DNA from: Amphiscolops sp. MND2022
Taxonomy: Eukaryota
Reading direction: 5' to 3'
NCBI GenBank assembly: GCA_964187785.1
Contig: OZ076409.1
Coordinates: 46,626,001 to 46,690,000 of the forward strand
DNA: 64,000 nt
A program made the position numbers and the translations under genes. Under the pieces are notes generated by a model. It ran no database searches. It was given only the letters and a program-made list of their open reading frames with translations, and had not been told where the DNA came from. How positions within the stretch are numbered: the stretch's first letter is position 1; every line of letters begins with the position of its first letter. Of the stretch, positions 50,621 through 62,803 are shown one piece after another.

Positions 50621-52101
50621 TGTAAGGACTTACGTCCTCTGTGTCTCTTAGATCACATCAGACATAGAATCCTTCTTTGAATTAGTTTTCAACCCAGTTG
50701 TTCTCTCTCTATTCTCCTGACTATTTGGGGACGAACTAGCCTCAGTGTCCCTGTTTCCTGATGAAGACATCGAATTCACTATGTTACGTGTTTCTGGAAT
50801 TATTCTATCTGATATAGATGAATTTTTAGCTCTGTTAATCTGAGAATGCATCATCGACATCATGGAATCCATTTCTTGAAAAAGCCTCAAATCAACTTCA
50901 TTTGTTAAAGTGTCCACCGATTCCAAAATTCCCTCAACCCTGGGGTTGTTGTTTCCATAGTTTTGGTTCCTGGATTCATTCCCTAGGGGAAAATCTTTCC
51001 TTGGAGGTAAATTAGATGATTCCTCAATTGCATTAGCTAATTCTCTCTCGATTGGGTTGATATTATCACTTTCTACCATTATGTTTAGGTTATCAAAGTC
51101 AGACATCATGTCCATTGCTCTAGATCTTCTAGCTTTTGCTTTTTGTCTCCTCGTAGAAGGCATCAGAAATGGTTACGAGGGAAGAATCAAGTTGAATCTT
51201 GATCTTGTAAAACAACATTGGTATCGGTTGTATAACTGAACAATTAGTAGTTTCAACTCATTGTGTCGGGACTTAAGTTCCTGGGTATTTATATATTCAT
51301 ATTTGCATGACTAGCAATTTTACTGAAGCGATATTCTGAAAATAGCCTGAAGGGCTTTCTAAAAATAGCAGCGACTATCTTTAGCAACTATGACGTCATG
51401 TACATAGATTAACTTCGAAGCAATTTCACGTCGACACAGAAGATACAATTACACGGCGGCATATATAATATACATGTGTCCCTCAAGGACGAACAACAAT
51501 ATATACAAATAACACTTCATGGAATTTTACATGAAATTATCTAATCCATGGAATATATTATGTGACTATCAGTCTTCTCTACTTTTCAACACAACTCCTT
51601 TATAAACCAAGACGTCTGGCATATAAAGGCTACCATCTAACTATATTGTGAGATTTAATAAACAGCGCCTTTAATCTAAATTGGGACTCACTGTTCAATT
51701 GTCTCGAGTAGCACGCTTGCTAAGATGAATGGCCTTACGCGGCCTTTAATTCAGTAAAGTACAGCACTAATAAATGAACGCGGCTGATTGGCTAAAATGT
51801 GAATTGGACGCGTTCTCCGCGGCCACAGGCAAGGAATCATTTGAACACGTTTCCTTTGCCTGTACGCCTTGGTGTCCAATTATCTTTTCAGTTATCAATA
51901 ATAAAATAACACAACGCTAAGTTTACATGCACATTCGAAACAAAAAATTGAAATCAATAAACTTCCAGATTCAAAGTTTGCAGTTTATTTTTGGACGGTA
52001 TGTCTGTTTTCCTTAATCAAGCGGGATCGTCCCAGGGAGAGTGTTATAGTTATTGTATGAGATGGAATACCAATTTCCATCGGATGCGGCAGCGTGCGAC
52101 A
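50621..52101 (-). mobile_element. Solo LTR (~1.48 kb) carrying an internal ORF
   Basis: TG...CA termini (+ strand TGTAAGG ... GCGACA) with a perfect 5-bp TSD actta (50616-50620 and 52102-52106). A TATA-like tatataaata lies on the minus strand near 51295. Confidence 0.85.
50648..51163 (-). pseudogene. LTR-internal ORF (MPSTRRQKAK...), probably a Gag N-terminus of the parent retrotransposon
   Basis: 171-aa ORF lying wholly inside the solo LTR and ending ~30 nt before the LTR edge. It is homologous to the disrupted ORF starting at 57062. Confidence 0.65.
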
Positions 52102-52969
52102 ACTTAGTATCCTTTTGTATAGTATATTTTTTGTTTCTTCAAAGACAGATATAAAAAATCGAAAAGAAACTTTATTTTCAACTTCTTGTGAGTTTTTTCC
52201 GCAAAATTGTTCTCTATGAGCTAGGCTCGAAACTTAACTATATGTCGTTTGGGGTGGGAAATATTCCTGTGCTTAGCGAGAGTATTGTTAGAAATTAAAC
52301 CTATCATAATAAAATCGAGAATATATGCCCATTATCTCCAAAAAAGACTTAAAAGATAATCAGCACAGGGTTTTCTATTTTTGGTGCTTGTCTCACGATA
52401 TCGCCCTTGCCTTGGATATTGGGTAAATAGGAAAACAAAACGATGTTTGAATGACCACTGCAAGACCAAAAAAAACATGCGAGATGGTGTGAAGGTATGT
52501 CCACATGGCTCTCTTTTATGAACAAATTCCAACTTGAAAGCCCCCAGATTTGATTAACCAGAGGTCATTTGAAATGGGACATGCGTTCGTTCAAAGGCGG
52601 TTTCCTTCGACGCATGACCACATTTCAAAGGTTGAAGTTCTGTTCATTATCCCGACTTATTAGAATTGAAGGATTTCATCATCCCAAGGGAAACGCTGAT
52701 TCTTAGCCCTTATATGTTTCTATGGAATATGGATGGAAATGAACAGCTTTTATCTTTCGGTAATTGTCTCATAATGTAATCTATAAAAATTTGATTGTTC
52801 CTACACTTTGCTATATAGAATGGTCATTACACCAATTCACGAAGTTCATCAGAAAATTAACAATCCGTGAACGGTATAAATCGGCGCCCCGTAAAGGCTC
52901 AAAACAGCGAATGTACTTCAAAGCGTCAAGGGTTCTCTTTTGCTTCTGCTTCTTTTCCCACAACAAATA

Positions 52970-53763
52970 TAAACAAGACGGGAACGTCTAAAGTCGGCGC
53001 TATACCCAGGCTCAAAAAGCCTTTTTAAATGAAAAAGTCTCAGTTTCGAAACACCGTAAAGGTGCCTTTCGTGCTCGGAAAACGCTTCAGAAGTTCGGAT
53101 ATAGCGTGCTGAAACGGATATAGCAAGCCCATTTTTTCGATCGTACGCCTCCTCCTCAGTAAAACGCAAATTATTTCGGATATAACGTCAAAAGTTCGGA
53201 CATAGCGCTTTACTCCGGATATTACGTCAAAATTTCGGAAAGTATTGAAATAAATTATTTGTGAGTTAATGATGAGGAAACCTAATTTCAGGCTAAAAAA
53301 TTATTCAGACTAAATTTTTTTTTGTGGGTATATATTGAGGAAAACTAATTTTGAAACAGTCTCATGGTGCCAAAAAATGCAAAAGGTGAGACCCTTTGCG
53401 CTTTTTGAAACTCCAATTTGTTGCAAAATATCAAAAATTTGAAGGAGGGACTCTTTTGAGACAAAAAAATCGAAAAAAGTCGCACAGTGCCAAAACAAAT
53501 CCAAAGGGGGGCCCTATAGTCTCGTCCGGTTTTGTAGCGTACGTTAAAAATGGAATAAATAAAAGGGGGACTCTTTGCACTAATTTAGATGCGTTTCCGC
53601 TTGCCGGTCCAGTAGTTTAGTTGTTGTGTAAAAAATGTCCACTTCGCATACATTCTGTTATCTGGCGAAAAAAACTAGTCACTTGAAGGAAAATGTGCTG
53701 ACTAAAAAAAACTTGCCACTGCATTAGTCGCGCTCATTTTCTACTAAAATACGCCGACTAAAA
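52970..53763 (-). mobile_element. HINE family 1 copy, apparently nested in an older copy starting ~52858
   Basis: aaacaagacgggaacgtctaaagtcggcgc ... agtcgcgctcattttctactaaaatacgccgactaaaa. Confidence 0.75.
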
Positions 53764-54396
53764 ACAAGGCGTAACCCTTTTATGACAATATCATATAATG
53801 AGTAACAAATAGTCACACAGTGCCGAAAATTCGGAGGAACCCTTTGTTTTGAATTTTTTTTAAACTAGAAGTACCAAGAAATCCAAGGGGGACCTTTTTG
53901 GAAAGGTGAAATTTATTTAGGAATAGTGCCGCATAGTGCCGAAAAAACCAGAAGTGTGTCCCTTTAGCTTTAAAACGCTTTTTTCAAAAAAAATCAAAGA
54001 GGGAACCGTTTTTCCGAAAAAAGTCTCACAATACAAAAAAATAACCCGAAAAATAACCCTCAAATCTTTTCTATTCAAATAATTTTGTCAACTTTTGACT
54101 GAAAATTAGGAAACATGACAATGTCTGAGATATTACCACGGTCCCAAAAATATTGCATTTGAAAAAAATCTTAGAATGCTTTCATTATTCGCAAGATTGA
54201 AATATCTCAATGATAATTGAAGAAGAGTACTGATAATAACGATAATAGTGATACTCTTGATGCTGATAGAAATAACAAAAAAAATTTTGAAATGCATGAA
54301 AAGGATAACATCACAAACTTTTATGTGATACTTGTGACTAGACTAAGCATGCGAGAAGATGAAATGGTATTAGAGAAGAAAAGTTGAGTTCCGTAC

Positions 54397-54501
54397 CATG
54401 GTAAGACCTTTGTACCCGTAGAGCAGAGCGAGCCACCTGGCCATGTATTGACAATGGCACTTGTCCGAAAACAGAACATGATCCTCGTCAGCCGATACCG
54501 A
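54397..54501 (-). CDS. GABBR2: GABA-B receptor 2-like exon (ECL2 and TM5)
   Basis: Reads gcttttag|SVSADEDHVLFSDKCHCQYMARWLALLYGYKGLTM|gtacgg, 105 nt, phase 0/0. It has the conserved C....M..WL...Y.YKGL.M pattern and is not in the ORF track in this frame. Confidence 0.93.
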
Positions 54502-55169
54502 CTAAAAGCAACGCAAAATGAATCAAACATCGTCATTAAATCGAAATTTCGCTAATTTACTACCAAATCCACTTCACATTTCTATTGCAGCGTGAACCAA
54601 ATTTTTGACCGGAGCCACGGTCACTTAGACTTCGCTTATTATCTCTCTTCACCGGTGCTAATTTTGCGGCTCCATGATGACCGCCTATGCTTTTAAGAGA
54701 GAAGGGCCTATGCTCACTATAAGAGAAGGGAAAATAACAATGAGTGAAAAGAAGCATTTTCCGTCTAATTAGAGTAACGAAGGAAATTTATTATTGAGTG
54801 AATGAACTGAAGACAGAAAAAAGGTTTGAAAGGAATCGAGACCAGCTTGGTTACAAAATTTTAACTGTAACAATGAGGTGAAGTTCATGCTTCTAAATAA
54901 AAATCTTTTGCAGGTTTTTGAATTTTAAAAAATGGGCTCTATTGTCTGCTCTTTGAAAAAATGAATCTCGATTAACACTTTCTGCCTAGACCAAAGACTG
55001 GAACTATATATCATAAAACAAAATATTTTCTAATTTTTTTTGTCAAAATGCCCAATAAAATTAAAGCAATTAACTCAAGTCATGTCTTCAATTCGTAAAC
55101 ACATTCGAAGAACATTTCAATGCGTATTCTCATCACTAAGTTAGGACTCATTAAAAAATATATGCTAAC

Positions 55170-55292
55170 CACAGTTGAAGTTTTAGTCCTTTTGATTTTC
55201 ATTGGGTCGAGAAGCTCCCAGCTGATAAGAAGCATGATGTCAACGAAGAGGAAAAATACGATGACAACGAAAAGCTGGTAGTCTTTGATAAC
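55170..55292 (-). CDS. GABBR2: GABA-B receptor 2-like exon (TM4)
   Basis: Reads tttttttcag|VIKDYQLFVVIVFFLFVDIMLLISWELLDPMKIKRTKTSTV|gttagc, 123 nt, phase 0/0. It has the IKD..L.........D...L..W...DP motif. Confidence 0.94.
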
Positions 55293-55628
55293 CTGAAAAA
55301 AACACGATCGAAAGTTAGATTACTTGGGATTCTATCAATTCTGGTTTTTTTGGTAACTGTTAAATATCAAGCTGGTTGATCAGCTGGTTATTGTAATCTA
55401 ATGCGCTTGAGGTAAACAAATAGATAATGAACAAATAAATGAAGAAGTTCTAATACGTCTGCGTGAACTAAATTAATGTTGAAACATGAAACAAGCCGGA
55501 AACGGCATAAGTCGGCGCCCTATTTAAGGCTCAAAATATCAAAAGTACTTCAACGTGTCAAGTACTCTCTTTTGCAATACCCAAAAAACCTAAAAGTTGG
55601 ACCGAATTGGCGCGCCACTGGCACCCTT

Positions 55629-56632
55629 TGGCATTTTTCAACATCCATTCTGTAGCAAAACATCAAAAAATTGATGGCGGACCATTTGTGAAAAAAGTCT
55701 CACAATGCCAAAAAAACTGAAAGGGAGGACCATTTGGGATTTTTCATCCATTCTGTCGCAAAACATCAAAATAATTAAATGGGGATCCTTTGGAGAAAAA
55801 AGTCTTGAAATGTCAAAAAAACTAAAAGAGGGACCTTTTAGTCTAATCGGGTATTGTATGTTACGCTGAATAAAAGGAACAACTTTTATATTTCAGTTCA
55901 TTGTGCCAAATGGTTCAATTTGTGTCGTAACCAAATTCATCATCACTTTGCTGAGAATCCACTGAATTCTCTCTACAGTGATTTGTTTGGTTATTATTAA
56001 TCGATAATAATCTTGGAAACTCATTCTGAGCATCCTGGGCTGATTTATTACCATTTTCTGGATGCAGTCTATTTGACCGAAGGTCCTTCTGAGAATTTTC
56101 TTGGGCCGCATTGTCTTGATGCAGTCCATCTGGCATTTTTCAACATCCATTCTGTAGCAAAACATCAAAAAATTGATGGCGGACCATTTGTGAAAAAAGT
56201 CTCACAATGCCAAAAAAACTGAAAGGGAGGACCATTTGGGATTTTTCATCCATTCTGTCGCAAAACATCAAAATAATTAAATGGGGATCCTTTGGAGAAA
56301 AAAGTCTTGAAATGTCAAAAAAACTAAAAGAGGGACCTTTTAGTCTAATCGGGTATTGTATGTTACGCTGAATAAAAGGAAAAACTTTTATATTTCAGTT
56401 CATTGTGCCAAATGGTTCAATTTGTGTCGTAACCAAATTCATCATCACTTTGCTGAGAATCCACTGAATTCTCTCTACAGTGATTTGTTTGGTTATTATT
56501 AATCGATAATAATCTTGGAAACTCATTCTGAGCATCCTGGGCTGATTTATTACCATTTTCTGGATGCAGTCTATTTGACCGAAGGTCCTTCTGAGAATTT
56601 TCTTGGGCCGCATTGTCTTGATGCAGTCCATC
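55629..56632 (+). repeat. Near-identical 502-bp tandem duplication
   Basis: 55629-56130 matches 56131-56632. I saw only one substitution (aaggaacaac vs aaggaaaaac). The ORF track shows identical peptides 502 nt apart. Confidence 0.95.
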
Positions 56633-57960
56633 TGACCGAAGGGCCAAACTTGTAATTTTTGCTGAATTCTGTCTCCTAGTAGCATTTTTGATACTGGGCA
56701 ACACTCTAGTGTCAATTGCAGTGTTTATAACGTCCAATATCTGGGAATTTAAGCTAGGTTGCAATTCTCCAAAATTCCTTGACATCTGTGAAAAAAATAG
56801 CCTTACTAGTTTCAACAGTCAAACAACTATTTTCACTCAGATTAGTATTCAAGTAAGACCTTTAGTTATTTTCATTTTGATTTGAACTACCTTCTGGTCT
56901 ATTTGACTATGAGCCAATTTCATTTTCACTAGTTCTATCCTGAATTTCACTGTTATCCATTCGATAACTTCCCAACATAACATCAAGATTTACAATATCT
57001 GACATAACGTCAGACTGACGGGAGCGTTTCTCTTTAGCTTTCTGCTTTCTGGTTGAAGGCATATTCAACAGAGGAAATTCAGTTCAACAAAAAATTGGTG
57101 AAAGTTTCAAATGAATAAAGTTGTGTATTGAGTGTATTTCGTTTATCAAAGAATGATCCCTTTCAGATCAAATTCCGCGTATTTATAGCTGTAACAGCAT
57201 GACAAGTATAAATTCGCACGTCATGTTACTAAATTTGGATTGATGTCAGGCTAAATTTATCTCGAACCCAGTCACTACGTCATCTGATTCTAAAAATAGA
57301 CTGGGGGTGGGGACATTGCATCACTTTAGGGGGGGGAGGTTATAAATAATATCAAACTAACAACATATCAATTTACATGAAACTAATCCTACTTCAAAAG
57401 CAACAATTCATGAGGCGGCAACATCAATATTTATCTATACATCAAATCTGACCTAGCGTCAGCATGACTGCAGTGGATATTCCACATTGCGTTCTGATTT
57501 GTTGAAATAAAGGTTTGACTACACGTCGGTTTGACTGCAGTAGTTTACCAGCTAAGTGCGTTTTCACGCTTTCATGCATGTATCGCTGTATTTTAAGGCA
57601 CTTCCAAATTTGTTCGATAGCACAACTATGAAACAATTAAATCAAATAATTTCAGTGCGCCATATGAATAACAAGAGGATTGCAGTATGTTGTATAAAAT
57701 GGTATCAAATCAGCACTTGTCACAGTTCAAATGTGGAGTTGCTGTCCAGTTGACCAATGGTCAACTTGTAGAAAAAACATGATATATAAAATAGTGATTG
57801 TACAGGTTTCAAAGTTGTTAGTTTGCATCAGTTTATTATTGTAAACCTTTTTAGGTAGGCAGAAGAGTTTATATGGGCAAGACCCCCGGTCCTGGGTTAG
57901 TTCGGTCACTTTCAGGCGTTATTTGGTAGAGAAAGCCATCACAGGCGGCAACCTGCCACA
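56425..57960 (-). mobile_element. Solo LTR (~1.54 kb) carrying a disrupted internal ORF
   Basis: On the + strand the termini are TGTCGTAACC ... CTGCCACA, with a perfect 5-bp TSD atttg (56420-56424 and 57961-57965). On the minus strand a TATA (ctataaata, ~57186) precedes an ATG at 57062 (MPSTRKQKAKEKRSRQSDVMSDIVNLDVMLGSY), and the coding-like sequence runs to the LTR edge (..DDEFGYD). Confidence 0.88.
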
Positions 57961-58258
57961 ATTTGGCACCTCAAAGTTTTATAGATTTTTGTAGTGCTAT
58001 TTTTGTCAGTTCGTGTGGATTGAAAAAAGAGTCACTAGTACAGTCGCGTTTCACGTCATGAAGTGCCTAATAAAAATAGTTTGTAGCCGGAATGTCCCAG
58101 TTATTTCAGTTTGACTCAAAGCAAGCTAGCGAAACTCTAATTCGTCTCTTTATTTTTCTACCAACGAGAGGAAGAAAACAAGATGTTGCGGGGTGGCGCT
58201 TTCACTGCTTTCAAAGGAGTGAAATCTAACGGTCTTTGGCGCTGTTCATTATTTGATC

Positions 58259-61036
58259 ATTATTTTCCGTCCATTGTTCATATAAAAATGAAAAAACTTA
58301 AATCAAACGGAATATTTTTACAAAGTTTGCCAAGCACCAAATTTACATCCAACTTAAAGAGCTTCACACATAGAATTCAAGTGACGTAAAATAAGTATCA
58401 TGCGACATGTATTTGTGGAGACTTTGTTGAATGACCCCAAAGCCCCAGAATGACCCAAAACTGACAGAAACGGAAATTATTGCAACAAGGAATGTTTTTG
58501 TCAAATTTTCAGTAAACAAATTTTTGGAAGAGAATGTGAAAAACAATCAAAAAGGAAAGCATTCGATGTCCAGAGGCTCCTTTGAAGAAAGAAATCCTTT
58601 TTTGTTGGGAAAAAGACCTGATATTCAGACCACAACTGATAAAAATTCCAAAAAGTTGGGATTTTTGAGGTTTTTTAGTCCGATGTTCCAAAAAACTTGG
58701 TGGTTTAGAATGTTCGAAACGTTCAACAACGAACCATTTCGCTATTTGAAAGGCTTGTGTGAAGAAATGAATGCAGTTTTTTTATTAAATAAACAGCTCA
58801 AATAGCGACCGAAAATGACAAAATTTCCATAATACTCCCATATTTCAACATGCCAATGTTTCAAATGATTTCTGGGGACACAACATTGAAAACGTTCAAC
58901 AACGAACAAACTCGTTCTCTAACAGGGTTGTTTGGGATGTGAAATGCAGTCTTGAGAGTAAAAAATGCAACAAAATTGTCCAGAAATGGTTGATTTTTTA
59001 CACTTTCTATTTTCCTCACTCAATTTGTCTAAAATTTTCAACGTTTTCAATGAATTAAATTATGAATCCCTTCAACGACAACTGAATTGGTTGTTCGGTA
59101 GGCTTTGCGAAGGTATGAATGCAGTTTGTTGAAGAAAATATGATTTAATTTGACACAAAAACTGTCGAAACATCCAAACATTTATCTAGTTTTTCATGTT
59201 CTTCGAGAACAGTTTTTGGAAAATTTTGTCTATTAGAAGGTTCAAAACAATTCAAAAAGAAAATAATATCTACGTAGTCTTCTTTTTTGTTGAGAGAATA
59301 GGTGCTTTTCTGCAGAAACATTCAAAACGACACTAGTGAGTCGGAAAGTGGAAGTTTTGAATATTTTAAACGTTTTTGTGCAAAATCTGTGAAGTTTTCG
59401 AAACGTTTCGAGAAGAAAAGTAGAATGGTTCATCAACAATTGCAGTTAATATTGAGTTGGCTTTTGTGGGACGTATTCACTGATTTGTGTTTAGATACTA
59501 TTCTAAAAGACCGATAGTTTCCTTTTTTGTCATTTTTAGTAAATATTTGTAAAATTTTTGTACGTTAGACGGTCCTAAAGCTCCAGACAATGTTTAAAGC
59601 TATGTAGCACACCTTTTGAGAGAAAACTTTGTAGTTTTCTACGTGGAACAAAACCTCATATTGAGTAAAAGGAGTCAAAAATCCAAAACGTGATTTTTTG
59701 ACTCCTTTAGTTTTAGTGGAGTTTTAGTGGAACTTTCGTTAATTTCGTTTTTTTATCAGAATGAAAACATTCAGCAGCGGAAAACGCAAAATGGAGTAGA
59801 CTTGTTTAATTATCAAAACCGGTTTCATGTTCGAAAAAGACCCTCAAAATGACCGCAAAATAACAAAAAAGTCAGCAGTTGTACCATTTTTGAATTTTTA
59901 ACGCATTTTTTCCGAAATTTTCGAAGATTTTGTCAATTAGAACTTTGAAACGTGTCAACAAAACTTGAGTATGATGTCCTGTAGGCTTTTTGAAAAAATG
60001 AATGCAAGTTATTGTTAGAAATCTGCCTCAATATCACCTCAAAATATCGAAATCCCAAATATTTTCAGTTAATGGTTCTTCTTGCAGTTTGCGTACAATT
60101 CCCGAATGGTTTTGTAGCTAGAAGTTTCAAACACTGAAAAACGAACAAAGCGACTATGCAGAATGCTATTTGAAGTGAGAGAGTTGCAATGGTTTGCTTC
60201 GAAAAAAACTACCACAATGACCCTGATGACTTTGAAATGGAAAAATCCAAATACAACGTTCCTTATGCAAACTTTCACAGTTTCTTGAGAATTTTCCATA
60301 GTTCAAAGAATGAAAACGTTCAACAACGAACAATTGCGTTGCCGGGTTGGCTTTTTGAAGGTCAATTGCAGTTTCACGTTAGAAAAGAGCCTCAAAATGT
60401 AACCGAAGTAGTAGAAGTAAAATAAAAGTTTGGCGGTGGTTTGACAATTTAGTTGGACTTACCAAACTTTCGTAAAATTCAAAATATCCCAATTTTCCTA
60501 ATAGGCATGCAGGATGTCTCAAAAAAGAAGTTTACAATTTTGTTTGTAAAAATTTCGTCAGAACGACGTAAATAGTCAGTTAATCCAAAGTTTTCTTGTT
60601 TTTTTATACTCTTTGTTGTCAACCTTTCGAGCAATTTCGTAAATCAACAACGACTGAAACCGGTATCCGATAGACGTTGTGAAAAGACAGCTGCAGCCTC
60701 TTAGAAAAGTGCCTCAAATGACCGCAAAGTTATGGAAAAATCAAAAATTTCTGAAATTTCTGACGTTGTTAGCGAAATTCGTGCAAAATTATAAAAAAAT
60801 TGGTCGGTTAGGTTCTGGTATCCACACAGGCCGACAACAAACCAATTAGGTGTTTAGTGGGTTCTTGAAGTGTTTCCTTCTGATAGGATATGGCATTATT
60901 CAAGAAGTGTCAGAACTTTTTTCATCAGTTTTCTATGCTTTTTCATAGAGCAAAAGCTACTCTTGAGCCTCAAAAATGTCGTTTCTAGATTAGTTTGGAC
61001 GGAAAGTATCCTGCTGGTCAGCGGGCGTCTTGTTTT
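58259..61036 (+). mobile_element. Long HINE family 2 element (~2.8 kb) with diverged internal tandem repeats
   Basis: SubTIRs are tattttccgtcc (58261) and ggacggaaagta (60997). The terminus is ..cagcgggcgtcttgtttt. Units of aaacgttcaacaacgaac..aatgcagt..caaaatgacc recur internally. It is homologous to 36562-38248. Confidence 0.7.
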
Positions 61037-61281
61037 GAAAGCAACAGTTTTTTCTTTTTAATTATTTTTGTTCCAGTATGGAAATGGAGGATATTCCGTT
61101 CTGTTCAATATTTTACCTTTTTCTTCAGAAACAAAAAATCTTCGTTTTATTGAGTGACTTTTTCCATTCCTCTACCTGTTTCTGCCAAAGTTTCTGGCTT
61201 TATTATTGCTGGGCTTGATTTTAACTTTTGTTTCATTTGAATTTTCAATATCATAAATTTCGGTTCTAGAACTGAACTTAC

Positions 61282-61365
61282 TTTTTTCTTCATTTTCACA
61301 TTGGTGAAAATCTGATGAACTCGCCAAGTCTTGCTGAACATGGACCCATACGAGAGAGTGAAAGC
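61282..61365 (-). CDS. GABBR2: GABA-B receptor 2-like exon (TM3-ICL2), 5' part hidden in the gap
   Basis: Reads [28 protein letters not shown]|gtaagt. KTWRVH and NVKMKKK are GABA-B2 signatures. Confidence 0.93.
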
Positions 61366-61565
61366 NNNNNNNNNNNNNNNNNNNNNNNNNNNNNNNNNNN
61401 NNNNNNNNNNNNNNNNNNNNNNNNNNNNNNNNNNNNNNNNNNNNNNNNNNNNNNNNNNNNNNNNNNNNNNNNNNNNNNNNNNNNNNNNNNNNNNNNNNNN
61501 NNNNNNNNNNNNNNNNNNNNNNNNNNNNNNNNNNNNNNNNNNNNNNNNNNNNNNNNNNNNNNNNN
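61366..61565. other. Assembly gap (200 N)
   Basis: Run of N. It must contain the acceptor site and the first codons of the TM3 exon. Confidence 0.99.
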
Positions 61566-62507
61566 TATTCGAAACAACGTAAAGTCCTTTTAAGGTAATC
61601 AATTAGATACTCCCCAAGAGGTACAGTAAACCGAGGTCCGAATGTAGTTGATTTTGAAACAAAACATCTCATTAATTTTTAATTTTTAAACTGAGAAAAT
61701 TCAAAATAAGAGATAAGAAACGGCACCAAAATTTCAAAACAGTGCCAGCATCAGTGAAATAGGCCCTTTCAACAAAATCTTTCATCAACTCAGAGTATTA
61801 CCTGTCCTTATAATTTTGTTATTATTGATTTTTGTCAATATGGATTTTGGTTATATTCTTCACTCGAAAAATCGAAGAAAAAAGGAATGAGTTTTGATAT
61901 TTTTGGAAGGCGTCTTTTTTCTTGCAAATGTTCAATTTTTTAACTGAGTTTAGCATGTTACAATTAATAGAAGATTTCAAATAGTTGAGATACTGAGATG
62001 CACTCCAAAAACAATTTAACTCAAGCTTCCTAGAAAACAACTATTACAGGCCAAATTGCTTTTGGGTTAAAAAGATTTTTGGGTTTTCTTGTTTTAAAAA
62101 CAGTTCTCGGTAAACTACATCCGATATGGTTTCCGCTTCATATATTTTGGAAACGTAAAAACAGCGAGCGGCTTCAGTTGTTTTGGCACGATGGCATCGA
62201 GTTTTTGGATTTATCACAAGTACAAATATTGTTATGTCTTTAATTAGTTAATCATAAATTTCTTAATCTTTCTTTTTTTCAAAATTATTTTATGTTTTAT
62301 CTTGTAGTATAAAGCTAGGGTACCAAAAAGCTAGACAAAAAATACCGCTGTAATTTTGATCAAATTTGAGTGACTTTTCAAATGAATGATTCCTGAAATG
62401 GGACATGAGATTTTTTGGTAGAAATAAATATTGATTGAAAAAATATTGCACTTTGAAAATTTCGTTAGTCAAATCTAGTTTTTTGGTACTCTAGAGTATG
62501 TACTAAC

Positions 62508-62803
62508 AGAACATATAGCATGATAGTGTTCGATGTGTAGTACGTGCTGAGCAACGTTACTGTCGAATCCGAGGAGGAACACGGAGGTATAGGAGAGAAG
62601 ACACCCCACGATGATGACGTTGTTGAGGTTGGGTGAGCTCATCTTGATGAAGCGGATGTTGCGGTTCTTGACGTTGAACACGAGGAACACCAACGACAGC
62701 ACCATGCCCCCCGAAGCAATCGCACACAGCCCTGCGTAAAAAGCTGCCGTCACGTGCGTCACTTGGTTCACCACTCGCGGGCTGTCGTTAGGGGGCTTGC
62801 CCG
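62508..62803 (-). CDS. GABBR2: GABA-B receptor 2-like exon (stalk, TM1, ICL1, TM2, ECL1); upstream Venus-flytrap exons lie beyond the window
   Basis: Reads tgtttcag|..GKPPNDSPR...FLVFNVKNRNIRFIKMSSPNLNNVIIVGCLLSYTSVFLLGFD...AICS|gttagt, 296 nt, phase 1 in and phase 0 out. Confidence 0.96.

Larger units (their letters stand above)
55488..58076 (-). mobile_element. HINE family 1 copy split by a solo LTR and a 502-bp duplication
   Basis: Begins aaacaagccggaaacggcataagtcggcgcc at 55488. The sequence resumes after the LTR (atttggcacc..) and ends agtcgcgtttcacgtcatgaagtgcctaataaaaa. Confidence 0.7.
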
